Assembly (NCBI GenBank): GCA_031385045.1 | Contig: JANNBC010000048.1 | Coordinates: 99,013 to 163,012, forward strand | Direction: 5' to 3' | Length of the DNA stretch: 64,000 nt | From: a bacterium | GTDB lineage: Bacteria; Bdellovibrionota_C; UBA2361; CALJRW01 | Shown here: in pieces, positions 20,773 through 31,413 of the stretch | Layout: each line of letters opens with the position of its first letter | Position numbering within the stretch: position 1 is the first letter of the stretch | Made by a program: the position numbers and the translations under genes | The notes under the pieces: generated by a model | Told to the model about the DNA's origin: nothing | Databases searched by the model: none | What the model saw: the letters and a program-made list of their open reading frames with translations, nothing else

Positions 20773-21255
20773 ATGATTAAACAACGTCCTAAAACAATTA
20801 CCTTTGACAATCCAATTGCTGGTGGCTATCAGACATTTAAGAAAGTCTTTGGAGTTATTCTTGTGCTAGTTGCAATTTATGCGGGAGGTTCGATTTGCCT
20901 ATTTGGAATTAAAGCAATTAAAGGTCAGGTCACCTTAACCGATAACAGTTTTATCAAACAAATTGTTCCAGAAGATGGAGCAGGCCGCTCATTTAAACTA
21001 AACCTACCGACAGATAATCCAGAAAAAGCCATACAAACGGTTATTGAAATTCCTAGAAATATGCTACTAGTGTCAGCCTTATTTATTGGAACTTTAATTT
21101 TCGGATTAATCGCTCGACTTATTATCGCCTTATTAAATGGTGGGATAAGCTTAATGAAAGATGATGTCTCTTTTGTTTTTGAAAGACTTCGTAGAGAAAT
21201 CGAAAGAAACAAAATACCAACAATATCTACTGATTCTGATCTAGATAGGCCTTAA
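20773..21255 (+). CDS. Hypothetical two-TM membrane protein
   Basis: Two hydrophobic helices; ATG at 20773 preferred over 20686. Confidence 0.6.
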   Translation: MIKQRPKTITFDNPIAGGYQTFKKVFGVILVLVAIYAGGSICLFGIKAIKGQVTLTDNSFIKQIVPEDGAGRSFKLNLPTDNPEKAIQTVIEIPRNMLLVSALFIGTLIFGLIARLIIALLNGGISLMKDDVSFVFERLRREIERNKIPTISTDSDLDRP

Positions 21256-21841
21256 CAGTGGAAACGATAGTTTGAGTTTGTCGATCGATTTCTAAATTTA
21301 ATTCATCCCCAATTAAATAATTTTTCAAGTTAGTTAGGCGTAAGGTTTCAGGAATCAAACTCACTTGAAAAGAGTTTTGGTTAGAATCTGGGGAGACGAT
21401 TGTTAAACTTGCCCCATGAAGCCCAACATAGCCTTTAGGTAAAATATATTCCATAAATTTTGCATCAACTTGTAGAGTAAGAAGATAATTATTTTCTGGC
21501 TGTTTTAAATCAATTATTATGACTGTGGTATCAACATGCCCTGAAAGCAAATGCCCACCAAGTTCATCACCAAATTTCAAAGAACGCTCGATATTTACTA
21601 GCACTCCTAGCTTTAAAAACTTTAAAGTCGTTACTTTCAAAGTTTCCGCAATTATATCAAAATAAACATTATGGCCTTCAATTTGTGTTACTGTCAGGCA
21701 AACTCCATTGACACTAACACTAGCACCGATCTTTAAATCTAATAGTAGCTCCTCGGTCAGTGCAACAGCAAAACGAGTTAAGCCATTTTTATTTTCTAGT
21801 TCACTAACCGGAAAGGTGCCCTGAATAATCCCTGTAAACAT
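21227..21841 (-). CDS. ribE: Riboflavin synthase alpha chain
   Basis: MFTGII N-terminus, NGVCLT, GGHLLSGHVD, LIPETL. Confidence 0.97.
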   Translation of the reverse strand: MFTGIIQGTFPVSELENKNGLTRFAVALTEELLLDLKIGASVSVNGVCLTVTQIEGHNVYFDIIAETLKVTTLKFLKLGVLVNIERSLKFGDELGGHLLSGHVDTTVIIIDLKQPENNYLLTLQVDAKFMEYILPKGYVGLHGASLTIVSPDSNQNSFQVSLIPETLRLTNLKNYLIGDELNLEIDRQTQTIVSTVKAYLDQNQ

Positions 21842-22659
21842 TATTTATTTCCTTTAGCTTTTTGACAGGCTGGACAAAAATGCGTGCCTCGTCCCGCAAA
21901 CTTAATCTTAACAATCACTTTATTACAACGCGGACAAGACTCCCCTTCCCGATTAAATACTTTTAACATATTTTGGAAATTTCCGCCTTTAGATTCTTCA
22001 AAATAGAAATTAATAAAAGTTGTCCCTTGATGCTTAATACTAAAGTTTAAAATTTGAGGTATTGCTTTAAACAATTCTACTATTTGAATCTTAGAAAGAT
22101 TACCCGCTTTGGTCGCTGGATGAATTTTTGCTTGCCAGAGAACCTCATCCACATAAATATTTCCGAGCCCAGCTACTTTTGATTGATCTAATAAATAAGC
22201 CTTAATATTCTTGGCTGATTTATTTAAAGCTGCTTGGAATGGTGCTAATTTAAAATCTTCTCCAAGTGGCTCTGGTCCTAATTTCTTTTCTAAAATAGTT
22301 AAATCAGGATGATATTCTACAGTACCAAATTTTCTGGTATCAACAAAATGCATTTTACCCTGACTTAAATCTAAGGAAAAAGTCGTATGCTTCGGGGCTT
22401 GAGCATTAAACTGGAATTGTCCCGTCATTCGTAAGTGAAAAATGAGATAGCCTTCAGATAAATGTAAGACAATATACTTAGCACGTCGCGTAACTTGGAT
22501 AATTTTTTTCCCAAGAATTTTATTTTTAAGAACATGAAAAGAGGAGTGCAAGATTATGCGAGAATAATTCTGATAAATCTGACAATTTTTAATAGTCTTA
22601 TTTTCAAGCTTTGGCCGAATGCTTTTAACAACAGTTTCAACTTCAGGTAGCTCAGGCAT
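21841..22659 (-). CDS. mutM: Formamidopyrimidine-DNA glycosylase
   Basis: MPELPEVE, HLRMTG, GLGNIY, C-terminal CPRC...CPAC zinc finger. Confidence 0.98.
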   Translation of the reverse strand: MPELPEVETVVKSIRPKLENKTIKNCQIYQNYSRIILHSSFHVLKNKILGKKIIQVTRRAKYIVLHLSEGYLIFHLRMTGQFQFNAQAPKHTTFSLDLSQGKMHFVDTRKFGTVEYHPDLTILEKKLGPEPLGEDFKLAPFQAALNKSAKNIKAYLLDQSKVAGLGNIYVDEVLWQAKIHPATKAGNLSKIQIVELFKAIPQILNFSIKHQGTTFINFYFEESKGGNFQNMLKVFNREGESCPRCNKVIVKIKFAGRGTHFCPACQKAKGNK

Positions 22660-22713
22660 TGAACAGGAATGGTGAGGAGTTATCCTAGTATTCTAAGATA
22701 ACTCCAAATTGTA

Positions 22714-23979
22714 CTAGTATAAACCAGGAACAGGATATGCTTGGCAAAATTCTTTAACTTCTGCTTTGATCTTCACAAGCTTATCAGTATCTTTATGCTC
22801 CTTAAGAGTCGTAACAATCCAGTTAGCTAACTGCTTCATTTCTTGCTCTTTCATTCCACGACTAGTGGCTGCTGGCGTTCCCAAACGAATTCCACTTGGT
22901 CTTAAAGGTGGATTTGGATCATCAGGAATAATTTGTTTATTACAAGTAATATTCACTTCATCTAATAAGTGCTCAGACTCAGTACCATTTAAGCCAAAGC
23001 TTGCTGCTGTATTAGCAACCATCATGTGATTATCCGTACCACCAGTAATTAATTCACAATTATTCTTCATTAATTCATTTGCAAGCGCTTTAGAGTTAGC
23101 TAAAACTTGTTTAGCATAAACTTTAAATTCAGGCTCCAAAACTTTCTTCATCGTAACAGCAATCGCTGCTACAGTTTGCATATGTGGTCCACCTTGCAAG
23201 CCTGGGAACACTGACTTATCAATATCCTTAGCATATTTTTCTTTGCAAAGAATCAAACCAGCTCTTGGTCCACGCATTGATTTATGAACAGTAGTAGTAA
23301 CGATATCAAAACCATACTTAAGTGGATTTCTCATCTCCCCAGCAGCAATCCATCCACCAATGTGGGAGACATCCGCCATTGTGATGGCACCAACTTCATC
23401 CGCAACTTTTTTAAAATCTGCATAATCTAAATCACGCGGATAAGATGTATAACCACAAAGTACGATCTTTGGACGATGTTCCTTAGCAACTCTCATTAGA
23501 TCATCAAAATCAATCTTACCTTCATTCTGAGGATCGGTCTTATAACGAACAAAGTTAAAAATTTTCCCCATGTGAGAAACAGGAGCGCCATGCGTTAAAT
23601 GCCCGCCATGAGAAAGATCCATTCCAAGAACAGTATCTCCTGGCTTCAAGAAAGCTAAGTAGGCAGCTTGGTTCATCGGCGATCCAGAAAGAGCTTGTAC
23701 ATTAGCGTGTTCAGCACCAAAAGCTTGCTTAGCTCGCTCAATTGCTAAACTCTCAATTACATCAGTATATTCCTGACCCCCGTAGTAGCGTCGCCCAGGG
23801 TATCCTTCAGCATATTTATTTGTAAAAATGGATCCATTAGCAGCAAATACCTCAGGGAAAACATAATTCTCAGATGGAATTAATTCGATACCATCCTTCT
23901 CACGCTGCTCCTCACCTTTAATCGCGTTATAAATTTCAGGGTCATTTTGCTGAAGAAGTTCTAGACACTTGGGATGCAT
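22714..23979 (-). CDS. glyA: Serine hydroxymethyltransferase
   Basis: LIPSENY, EGYPGRRYYGG, HGGHLTHG, TTTVHKSMRGPR. Confidence 0.98.
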   Translation of the reverse strand: MHPKCLELLQQNDPEIYNAIKGEEQREKDGIELIPSENYVFPEVFAANGSIFTNKYAEGYPGRRYYGGQEYTDVIESLAIERAKQAFGAEHANVQALSGSPMNQAAYLAFLKPGDTVLGMDLSHGGHLTHGAPVSHMGKIFNFVRYKTDPQNEGKIDFDDLMRVAKEHRPKIVLCGYTSYPRDLDYADFKKVADEVGAITMADVSHIGGWIAAGEMRNPLKYGFDIVTTTVHKSMRGPRAGLILCKEKYAKDIDKSVFPGLQGGPHMQTVAAIAVTMKKVLEPEFKVYAKQVLANSKALANELMKNNCELITGGTDNHMMVANTAASFGLNGTESEHLLDEVNITCNKQIIPDDPNPPLRPSGIRLGTPAATSRGMKEQEMKQLANWIVTTLKEHKDTDKLVKIKAEVKEFCQAYPVPGLY

Positions 23980-24207
23980 AAAGTATTCCTAATTTAAAGT
24001 AAATTTCTAATATAGTTGCCGAAAAAAGTAATTTACGGCGAGTATGAATAATCGATTCTCATACTACAAAAACAATACCAATAGCATTTCATAAAAATCT
24101 TACAAACAACAAAGATCTATAAGAAAGGCTATCAATCAAAAAAGTAGTAAAAAACTATCCTTTTTTACTTGCGAAATCAAGCTTTCTAGAGCTATCCTTT
24201 AGCGGTA

Positions 24208-24597
24208 ATGCAATTAAATCTAGTTAATATAATATTCGTTGGCCTGGGCGGAGCCCTAGGCTCAATCACTCGCTATTTAGTCTCTATATTTGAGAAATAT
24301 TACTTTAAAGCAGAATACTCTCTACCACTAGCCACGCTTAGTGTTAACTTAATTGGTAGTTTTATAATTGGCTGTTTTCTATCAAAGCTCTTACAACCTA
24401 ACTTTCAACATTCCGCTTGGACAAGCTTTATGGTGATTGGACTACTTGGTGGATTTACAACCTTCTCTAGTTTCTCAGCTGAAAACATTAAGCTAATCAT
24501 GGAAGGGAAAATCTTCCTAGCAATTTTATATATCTTTATATCGATCACAATCGGCCTACTAATGACTTACCTAGGATTCCTATTAGCTAGAACTTAG
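24208..24597 (+). CDS. crcB: Fluoride channel Fluc/CrcB
   Basis: GGALGSITRY, VNLIGSF, GGFTTFSSF. Confidence 0.96.
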   Translation: MQLNLVNIIFVGLGGALGSITRYLVSIFEKYYFKAEYSLPLATLSVNLIGSFIIGCFLSKLLQPNFQHSAWTSFMVIGLLGGFTTFSSFSAENIKLIMEGKIFLAILYIFISITIGLLMTYLGFLLART

Positions 24598-25939
24598 CAG
24601 CATCTTTTATTAGCTGAAAAATTTGTCTCTGCTTTATTGCTCCATGAAAATTTTCAGAGCCAGCACCGATTGCAAAAAGTGCCACATCTTCTCCGCCATG
24701 CTTAGCAGATGCACTGTTAATCAATGAATTTTGATGATAATGCTTATCATTAGAAGGAATACTTTGTTTATTACCTGCATACCTAGCTCCTGGGCCAGAT
24801 AGATAATTTAAAAAACTATATTTAGCAGGATAGGACTCAGGATCATGCCCCTGCCCTAAAATACTTTCTGAATTTTTAGGATAACCAACGATTCCTAGAG
24901 TATGACTATGATCGGCTGTAACGAGGATTAATGTATTACTAAGATCTACCTTACTCAAGGCAACTTCCACTGCCTCCCCGAGCTGTATAGTTTCTTCTAA
25001 AGCATTCTTGGCTAAGTTCTCATGATGCGCATGATCAATTCTTCCACCTTCAACCATTAAAAAGAAACCATTAGAACTTTTTTGATACAAAAAATCTAAA
25101 CCCGAAGCGACCATCTCCGAAAGTGAGGGATCTGTTTGCTTATTTCGCTCTCCCTCATAAGCCATATGACCAGGTTCAAATAATCCTAAAAGTTTTTTAG
25201 TCTTATTAAAATCAGTCGCTAAAAGATCTGCTTTATTCCAAACATACTTAGAATCAAGGCTTTTCTCCGTCCAACTTTTAATTAAATCTACACCGTCCAA
25301 TCTAAGCCCTTGAATATTTGGATATTCGGGATCTACTTGAGAGTTACTCAAGAACCTCTGCCTTCCTCCACCCAGCACCAAATCAAGTCCATCTCCACTA
25401 GAAAAATCTATTAACTGTTTAGCAATATCAGAAAAACCTTTTGCTCGTAATGCTTCTGGCATTTCCGCATCTGATTGCCATGCGCGCTCTGGAGAATGCG
25501 AATAAAAACCTGCCGGCGTCGCATCCGTTATGGCCGTTGTCGTTATTAAACCAGTTAATCGACTTCTCTCTTTAGCATAACTAAGTAATGACTTAGTATT
25601 AGCTTGTTTAAAATTGGCAAAGCTTCCACGCCTAACTAAGTTATCCAAGCCAAGCACGCCACTATTTGCTGAAACTCCAGTAGCAATTGCTGTGGCAGTA
25701 CAAGCAGAATCTGGCACTAAATAATCATTGCATTTGACATCAACCAAGGCGGTATAAGGAAACTTTTCAAAACTAAGATTATCTTTTTGATTTAATTCTT
25801 GATTTAATTTGCGGGCAGCCGTTAAGGTACTAATACCCATACCATCCCCAATAAAAACAATGATATTTTTCGTTTCTGCAAAAACACTTGAGGAAAGAAC
25901 TAAAGATAAAATTAGAAGTGTAAATAACTTTTTAAACAT
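24587..25939 (-). CDS. phoA: Alkaline phosphatase (secreted)
   Basis: Signal peptide; FIGDGMG, PDSACTAT, VEGGRIDHAHH, TADHSH, HGGEDV. Confidence 0.95.
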   Translation of the reverse strand: MFKKLFTLLILSLVLSSSVFAETKNIIVFIGDGMGISTLTAARKLNQELNQKDNLSFEKFPYTALVDVKCNDYLVPDSACTATAIATGVSANSGVLGLDNLVRRGSFANFKQANTKSLLSYAKERSRLTGLITTTAITDATPAGFYSHSPERAWQSDAEMPEALRAKGFSDIAKQLIDFSSGDGLDLVLGGGRQRFLSNSQVDPEYPNIQGLRLDGVDLIKSWTEKSLDSKYVWNKADLLATDFNKTKKLLGLFEPGHMAYEGERNKQTDPSLSEMVASGLDFLYQKSSNGFFLMVEGGRIDHAHHENLAKNALEETIQLGEAVEVALSKVDLSNTLILVTADHSHTLGIVGYPKNSESILGQGHDPESYPAKYSFLNYLSGPGARYAGNKQSIPSNDKHYHQNSLINSASAKHGGEDVALFAIGAGSENFHGAIKQRQIFQLIKDAAKF

Positions 25940-26158
25940 TTTTCTGATTTGAAATTAAGATAAACAGTACAGAGGTGGCAAAAACAAACTTAATTGGGTT
26001 TAGTATATTTCTCTAGGAAAGCAAGAGCAATCATTCAATTTATATTTTTGTGAATTATCACTATTATTTAATACTCAATGGGTAATTAAATTATGATCGC
26101 TTGAAGCAGGATACTTTTATATTATTTAGCATTTGGTATATCAAATGCTAAATAAGAC

Positions 26159-26200
26159 AAAAAAAAGTGGCCCCCAGTAGTTTCCTACCGAGTGCCACTT
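26159..26200 (-). terminator. Rho-independent terminator of the OMP gene
   Basis: Minus strand AAGTGGCACTCGGTAG-GAAA-CTACTGGGGGCCACTT running into a T8 tract. Confidence 0.85.
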
Positions 26201-26218
26201 CATTTAGGTAATTACAAA

Positions 26219-26884
26219 TTAAATATCAAATTTGTAACCAACTGATAAAGTTAACAGGTGGTTAACTTGTGTATTCTCACCAACCATCTGAATACGATAG
26301 TCAGGCTTAACAAACCACTCTGGAGTTAAGTTAAGAAATGCACCTACGCCAGTCTGAGCGTATAGAGCAGTATTTCCATCAGAAGTTGGGTCTTCGTATT
26401 TGTTAACACCTAAACCCAAAGCTACGTATGGATCAACTTCAGCACCTTTAGAATCTTCTTCTAAATGGTACATAACATCACCAAAGAATCGGATAGCAGA
26501 AGTGTCTTCAGATAAAAAGAAACGGTTAGCACCAGGGTGCTGTCTGTTTCTGATATCTGGACTAAATCCAAATCCAACTTCAGCAGAGATTCGAGGAGCG
26601 ATATGGTATCCACCAAATCGAACATCAAATGTATGGCTATCTAACAACTCATTGTCTTTCTCACGGATTTCAAAACCACCACCTAAAGATACGTAAAAAG
26701 TATCAGAAGATACTGTTTCCATAGCAACTGGCTCAGATTTTACAACAGCCGGCATGACTGGCTTAGCTTGAGCTGGAGCCGCTGGTTTTTTATAATAGCA
26801 AGGTTCACCTGGAAAACACCCGTCAGCAGACGCATTGCTAACCAAGAAACCTAGACTTAATAATACAAGTAATAGTTTTTTCAT
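26219..26884 (-). CDS. Outer-membrane beta-barrel protein (OmpA-like TM domain)
   Basis: Signal peptide, PYVALGLG, alternating aromatic strands, terminal SVGYKF. Confidence 0.8.
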   Translation of the reverse strand: MKKLLLVLLSLGFLVSNASADGCFPGEPCYYKKPAAPAQAKPVMPAVVKSEPVAMETVSSDTFYVSLGGGFEIREKDNELLDSHTFDVRFGGYHIAPRISAEVGFGFSPDIRNRQHPGANRFFLSEDTSAIRFFGDVMYHLEEDSKGAEVDPYVALGLGVNKYEDPTSDGNTALYAQTGVGAFLNLTPEWFVKPDYRIQMVGENTQVNHLLTLSVGYKFDI

Positions 26885-27414
26885 GATTACTCAAAAAAAT
26901 AAAAACATAAAGTCAGGTGAATTCCCGACAAATTACAACTTAAGTGAGATATAATACATCTAATTATTACAATCTAGCTAGATGAAAATAGACAATATTC
27001 TTTTTATTTGCATATTTTACTTAAAAACTAGCATCTGTCTTGATAACCCATGAATATTACTAGCTTTTTATTAAAAATAAAAATTTATTTTATATTTATA
27101 TGGATAAAATTTTTACCTGTACTCCAGAGATACGATCCTTCACTACTAAGATGACTTAAAAAGGATAGTCACTATTTAGAATCCCCCACCACACCCTAAC
27201 TTTCTGCGATCGGACACTGACTCGCACCATGACTAGTCGAGGCTAGCCAAGATCCTGACTGCTAAGTGTACAATAAGCAAACTTTTCAAATAAATTATTT
27301 CTAGAAAAAGTTTTTATTTAAGAAGTAGAAGAATATCATCTAACACTATAGATTGTTGATCAAGCTATTTTCCATACCGATAAATTAAAAATTATCCTAG
27401 AATCAAAATATTGC

Positions 27415-28764
27415 ATGAAACATCGTCATCCAAACAAAAAAATTATGGTTATAGCAGACAAGCTAGTACATCCATTTCAAGAATTTATGCGTCAGAAAAG
27501 TTCTGGCGGACTTGTCTTATTAGTTTGCACCTTAATTGCTCTAATTTGGGCGAATTCTCCTTGGGCACATTTATATCATCAACTCTGGCAAACAAAACTA
27601 ACAATTGGATTTGGAAACCTTATATTGGCTAAGCCACTAGCACTGTGGATTGATGATGGATTAATGGCTGTTTTCTTTTTCCTAGTTGGATTAGAGATTA
27701 AACGGGAAATATTAACTGGAGAATTATCCACCATCAAACAAGCAACACTTCCTTTTATCGCGGCTCTTGGTGGCATGGTCGTTCCCGCAATTATCTATAC
27801 ACTTTTTAATCATAACCAACTGACTGTTGCCGGCTGGGGGATTCCAATGGCAACAGATATTGCTTTTGCTCTAGGAGTATTGGCACTGCTGGGAAACAGA
27901 ATTCCTTTAGCATTGAAAGTTTTCTTAACGGCCTTAGCTATTGTTGATGACCTAGGGGCAGTTCTTGTAATTGCACTCTTTTATACAAATGAAATTAACT
28001 GGATTAATCTATTCTACGGAATAATTATTATTGGATTTCTAATTAGCGCCAATCGCCTAGGTTTTCGTCATGCAAAAATATATGCCATCCTGGGTATTCT
28101 TCTCTGGTTTGTTTTTCTTAAATCAGGAATTCACGCGACAATTGCCGGTGTGGTTTTAGCTTTTACAATTCCATCGAAGTCTCGAATCAACTGTAAAGAA
28201 TTTGTAGAAACTAGTAATGGTTTAATAACTCAATTTGAAAATGCTAATAACAATGCGACAGCAATTCTAAATGAGCAACAACAAGCTGCGATTGAAGGCT
28301 TACAACATAGTTGTTATGAGGCAGAAGCTCCTCTGCAAAGATTAGAGAACTCTTTGTTGCCCTGGGTCAGTTTTTTTATTATGCCCCTATTTGCATTAGC
28401 TAATGCCGGTGTATCTTTTCACGGAGATCTATCATCCTTATTTACTAGCCCTGTTAGTCTTGGTATTGCCAGCGGCTTAATCTTCGGTAAACAAATTGGG
28501 ATCAGTTTATTTATTTGGCTTGGCATCAAGCTTAAAATTACGACACTCCCAACAGGAACAACTTGGCGACAGATATACGGTGTTAGTTGGCTAGCTGGGA
28601 TTGGCTTTACTATGTCAATTTTCATTTCGAGCTTAGTCTTTGGACACTCTCCAGAAACATTAGCAATTGCCAAGCTTGGAATCTTATCAGCCTCATTTAT
28701 CGCTGGAATCGTGGGATGGATAATCCTAAAAACAGCTCCCAATGTAATAAATAAAAATAACTAA
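27415..28764 (+). CDS. nhaA: Na+/H+ antiporter NhaA
   Basis: DGLMAVFF, GWGIPMATDIAF, LAIVDD, SGIHAT, GIGFTMSIF. Confidence 0.97.
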   Translation: MKHRHPNKKIMVIADKLVHPFQEFMRQKSSGGLVLLVCTLIALIWANSPWAHLYHQLWQTKLTIGFGNLILAKPLALWIDDGLMAVFFFLVGLEIKREILTGELSTIKQATLPFIAALGGMVVPAIIYTLFNHNQLTVAGWGIPMATDIAFALGVLALLGNRIPLALKVFLTALAIVDDLGAVLVIALFYTNEINWINLFYGIIIIGFLISANRLGFRHAKIYAILGILLWFVFLKSGIHATIAGVVLAFTIPSKSRINCKEFVETSNGLITQFENANNNATAILNEQQQAAIEGLQHSCYEAEAPLQRLENSLLPWVSFFIMPLFALANAGVSFHGDLSSLFTSPVSLGIASGLIFGKQIGISLFIWLGIKLKITTLPTGTTWRQIYGVSWLAGIGFTMSIFISSLVFGHSPETLAIAKLGILSASFIAGIVGWIILKTAPNVINKNN

Positions 28765-28772
28765 GTCTTCGA

Positions 28773-29216
28773 CTAGCGACAATCAAGACAGGTGCTTTGT
28801 AAGTAAATAGTCTCCTGTTCAGAATTAACTGATAAGGTTTTTAGGCGTTTTAAAAAGGACTCACCAAAAACTTCTCCATGATAATCTAACTCTTTTAAAT
28901 TACCGCAACTAAAACAGTTGATAAAAATATGAACGCTACTCGGGCACTGATCACAATGTTGACATGGGAAATAACCACCTTGAGCTTCACGGTGGATTAA
29001 TTTTAATTCTGTAAGCACTTCTAAGATTCGATAGACTGATGCTAAATCAATAGTTTTGGCATTCTTTTTAATCTCAGAATATATTTCATTCGGATGTAGT
29101 GCTTTCTCCGTAACTGATAGCAATTCTAGAACTCGTTGCCGGGGCGCAGTGATCCGAAACCCTCGCTCCTTGAGTGATTGCAATGCTCGTGTAATAAAAT
29201 ATTGATCTTTACTCAA
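28773..29216 (-). CDS. Fur-family metalloregulator (likely Zur)
   Basis: RITAPRQ, ASVYRIL, H...CFSC and CLDC; 2 nt downstream of the TonB receptor. Confidence 0.85.
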   Translation of the reverse strand: MSKDQYFITRALQSLKERGFRITAPRQRVLELLSVTEKALHPNEIYSEIKKNAKTIDLASVYRILEVLTELKLIHREAQGGYFPCQHCDQCPSSVHIFINCFSCGNLKELDYHGEVFGESFLKRLKTLSVNSEQETIYLQSTCLDCR

Positions 29217-29218
29217 AT

Positions 29219-31297
29219 TTAGAAATAAGTAGTTAGCCCAGCGAAGAATGCTCGACCACGGAGTGGTGCTTGGTCTTTTAAAAATGAATTATGCACTCGA
29301 GCTTCTTCATCTGTTAAATTAGTTCCCTTAACATATAACTCAACAGAAGCATCTTCATCTCTGAAAATACTATAAGAAGCTCCCATATTCAACAGGCTGT
29401 AACTATCAGTAGGTAATTCAAACTCAGCAGTCTGATTTTGTTTAGCCACAAAAATACTTTCTATATAGGTATCTAAGCCATCATACTTATACTTAAGGCC
29501 TGTCTTACCACGGAGTGGTGTTATTCTTGGCAAATCATCACTATTAGTAATATTTTTCCCGCGGACATAATCTACTCCACCATATAATGATAGGTTACTG
29601 AATCCAATCTTTACTAAATCTTGTTCAATCTCAGACTCTAAGCCCCAAAACTGTGCCACAATCTGATCATACCCAAACACCGTAAAACTATCTTTAGTTT
29701 GGCCATTGGGTGATAAATTAAGATAATCAAGGTATCTCTGATGAAATAATGTTAGGCCACCGCGAGTTGAGCCTGTTAGTTTGCGAAGGATTAATTCAGT
29801 CCCTAAGGATCTTTCTTGGCTTAAGCCTTGGTCTCCCACTTCAAAAGTTTGAGTCGCGAGATGTGCCCCGTTAGCATATAACTCAGTGGCATTTGGTGCT
29901 CTTTGACTATAAGAAAGATTAACAGCAGCTGAATACTTTTTCTGATCTGTAAAATAAATTAATCCCGTTGAGCTACTTAAAAGATTAAAATCTTTCTTTG
30001 GTAAATCTAATTCTGGACTTAAACTGGCATGCTCATATCGTCCACCAAATTGCCAGACTAGGTTGTCTTGTAGCGATAAATCTTCTACAAAAAAGAGTGC
30101 CGGCGTGGTTGTTGCGGTAGAAGGTACAAATGCTTCGGCACCTTTTGTTTTTAAATCATCATGATTAAACTGAAGACCCCAACCTCCTTCTAGCATTTGA
30201 TTATGTTTATGAGTTAATAATAATCTAGTTTCAAAAGCTTTTCGATCGTAACGAGTACCTATTTCCTCCCCCTCTAATTCAACATGACGATAATCAGAAT
30301 AGGCCGTACCAAACTGTAAAGATTTAAATAAGGGATCTTCTAATTTAATTTCTCCGCGAGATTCAATTTTAGTTTGTTGCAAATCAATTCGGACATTTTC
30401 TTCCTGGGGCGTCACTCCCAGTATCGGATTAGTGGCTGTCTCTTCTTGATGAACGTGTCCACCAGGTACTCCATAGTTGGAATTTGTTTGACGAATTGCT
30501 AAACCAACAAAACCTTTATCCCAGACACGAGACACTCCAGCTTTCACACCACTGGCCTTACTATCAGTATTTTCTAGACGACCTTTAGACGCTTCATCTT
30601 CAGAATGAAGATCCTCTCTTTCTTCTTGTGCTCGAAATTGCGCTGATTCAGCATATCCTGGAATTTTTAGATCATCAGTTGTTCGGTCATAGCCTGACAC
30701 ATGCCAATTTAATTCTCCCTCCTGTCCTTCAAGGACAGCACCTCCACCTGTCTCACCATTACCAGCATCACCTTGCCGAAAATCTAATTTACCTGTTAAC
30801 TCTTTTCCAACATCTTCCTCTTTGATGCTTCCATCAATTACATTTACAACACCACCAATTGCCTGACTGCCGTATAGTAATGTGCTTGGGCCACGTAAAA
30901 TATCGATTCGTTCCGTAATTAAAGTATCCATTGCCACAGCGTGATCATCAGAAGTCGCAGAGACATCACCCATCTCTAAACCATTTTCTAAAATTCGCAC
31001 TCTTTCTTTTCCTTGACCACGAATAATTGGACGACTGGCAACTGGGCCAAAGTAACTTGAGCTTACTCCTGGCTGATTAGCTAATGCTTCACCTATAGAG
31101 CTGCCTTCATTTTTTCTAAGTTCAGCTTCACCCAGAACAGTTACTGGCTTACCAACTCTTTCCATTCCCTGAGGTGAAAGTGAACCTGTAATAGTAATTC
31201 TCACTGGCTCACTTGGCTGTTCACTAGGTGTAGGATCTTCTGCAATCGCACTAAAAGGTACAGCAAACAAAAAAAGAGCGGAATTAAGAATTTTCAT
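29219..31297 (-). CDS. TonB-dependent receptor, ZnuD-like
   Basis: SRPIIRG, SDDHAV, LRGPSTLLYGS plug motifs, His-containing loops, HLAT motif, C-terminal Phe. Confidence 0.9.
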   Translation of the reverse strand: MKILNSALFLFAVPFSAIAEDPTPSEQPSEPVRITITGSLSPQGMERVGKPVTVLGEAELRKNEGSSIGEALANQPGVSSSYFGPVASRPIIRGQGKERVRILENGLEMGDVSATSDDHAVAMDTLITERIDILRGPSTLLYGSQAIGGVVNVIDGSIKEEDVGKELTGKLDFRQGDAGNGETGGGAVLEGQEGELNWHVSGYDRTTDDLKIPGYAESAQFRAQEEREDLHSEDEASKGRLENTDSKASGVKAGVSRVWDKGFVGLAIRQTNSNYGVPGGHVHQEETATNPILGVTPQEENVRIDLQQTKIESRGEIKLEDPLFKSLQFGTAYSDYRHVELEGEEIGTRYDRKAFETRLLLTHKHNQMLEGGWGLQFNHDDLKTKGAEAFVPSTATTTPALFFVEDLSLQDNLVWQFGGRYEHASLSPELDLPKKDFNLLSSSTGLIYFTDQKKYSAAVNLSYSQRAPNATELYANGAHLATQTFEVGDQGLSQERSLGTELILRKLTGSTRGGLTLFHQRYLDYLNLSPNGQTKDSFTVFGYDQIVAQFWGLESEIEQDLVKIGFSNLSLYGGVDYVRGKNITNSDDLPRITPLRGKTGLKYKYDGLDTYIESIFVAKQNQTAEFELPTDSYSLLNMGASYSIFRDEDASVELYVKGTNLTDEEARVHNSFLKDQAPLRGRAFFAGLTTYF

Positions 31298-31319
31298 AGG
31301 ATAAACTTCAACTTAATTA

Positions 31320-31367
31320 ATGCGAATTATTCGCGATAGAAGTATACCTAATGCAAATTTATTGCAA
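31320..31367. promoter_or_regulatory. Two candidate Fur/Zur operator palindromes
   Basis: ATGCGAA-tta-TTCGCGA (31320-31336) and ATGCAAA-ttt-ATTGCAA (31351-31367), just upstream of the receptor-Fur operon. Confidence 0.65.
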
Positions 31368-31413
31368 ATAGAAATTATAACCTATTAAAATCTTTATTAA
31401 TATTATATTTGGA

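Noticed and set aside
23980..24207. Fluoride riboswitch before crcB or ZTP riboswitch before glyA
   Set aside because: No GGnGATGG...CTGATG or ZTP consensus on the relevant strands; crcB appears leaderless
27176..27191. tRNA/tmRNA-like 3' end (GAATCCCCCACCA)
   Set aside because: No T-arm GTTCRA and no acceptor-stem partner
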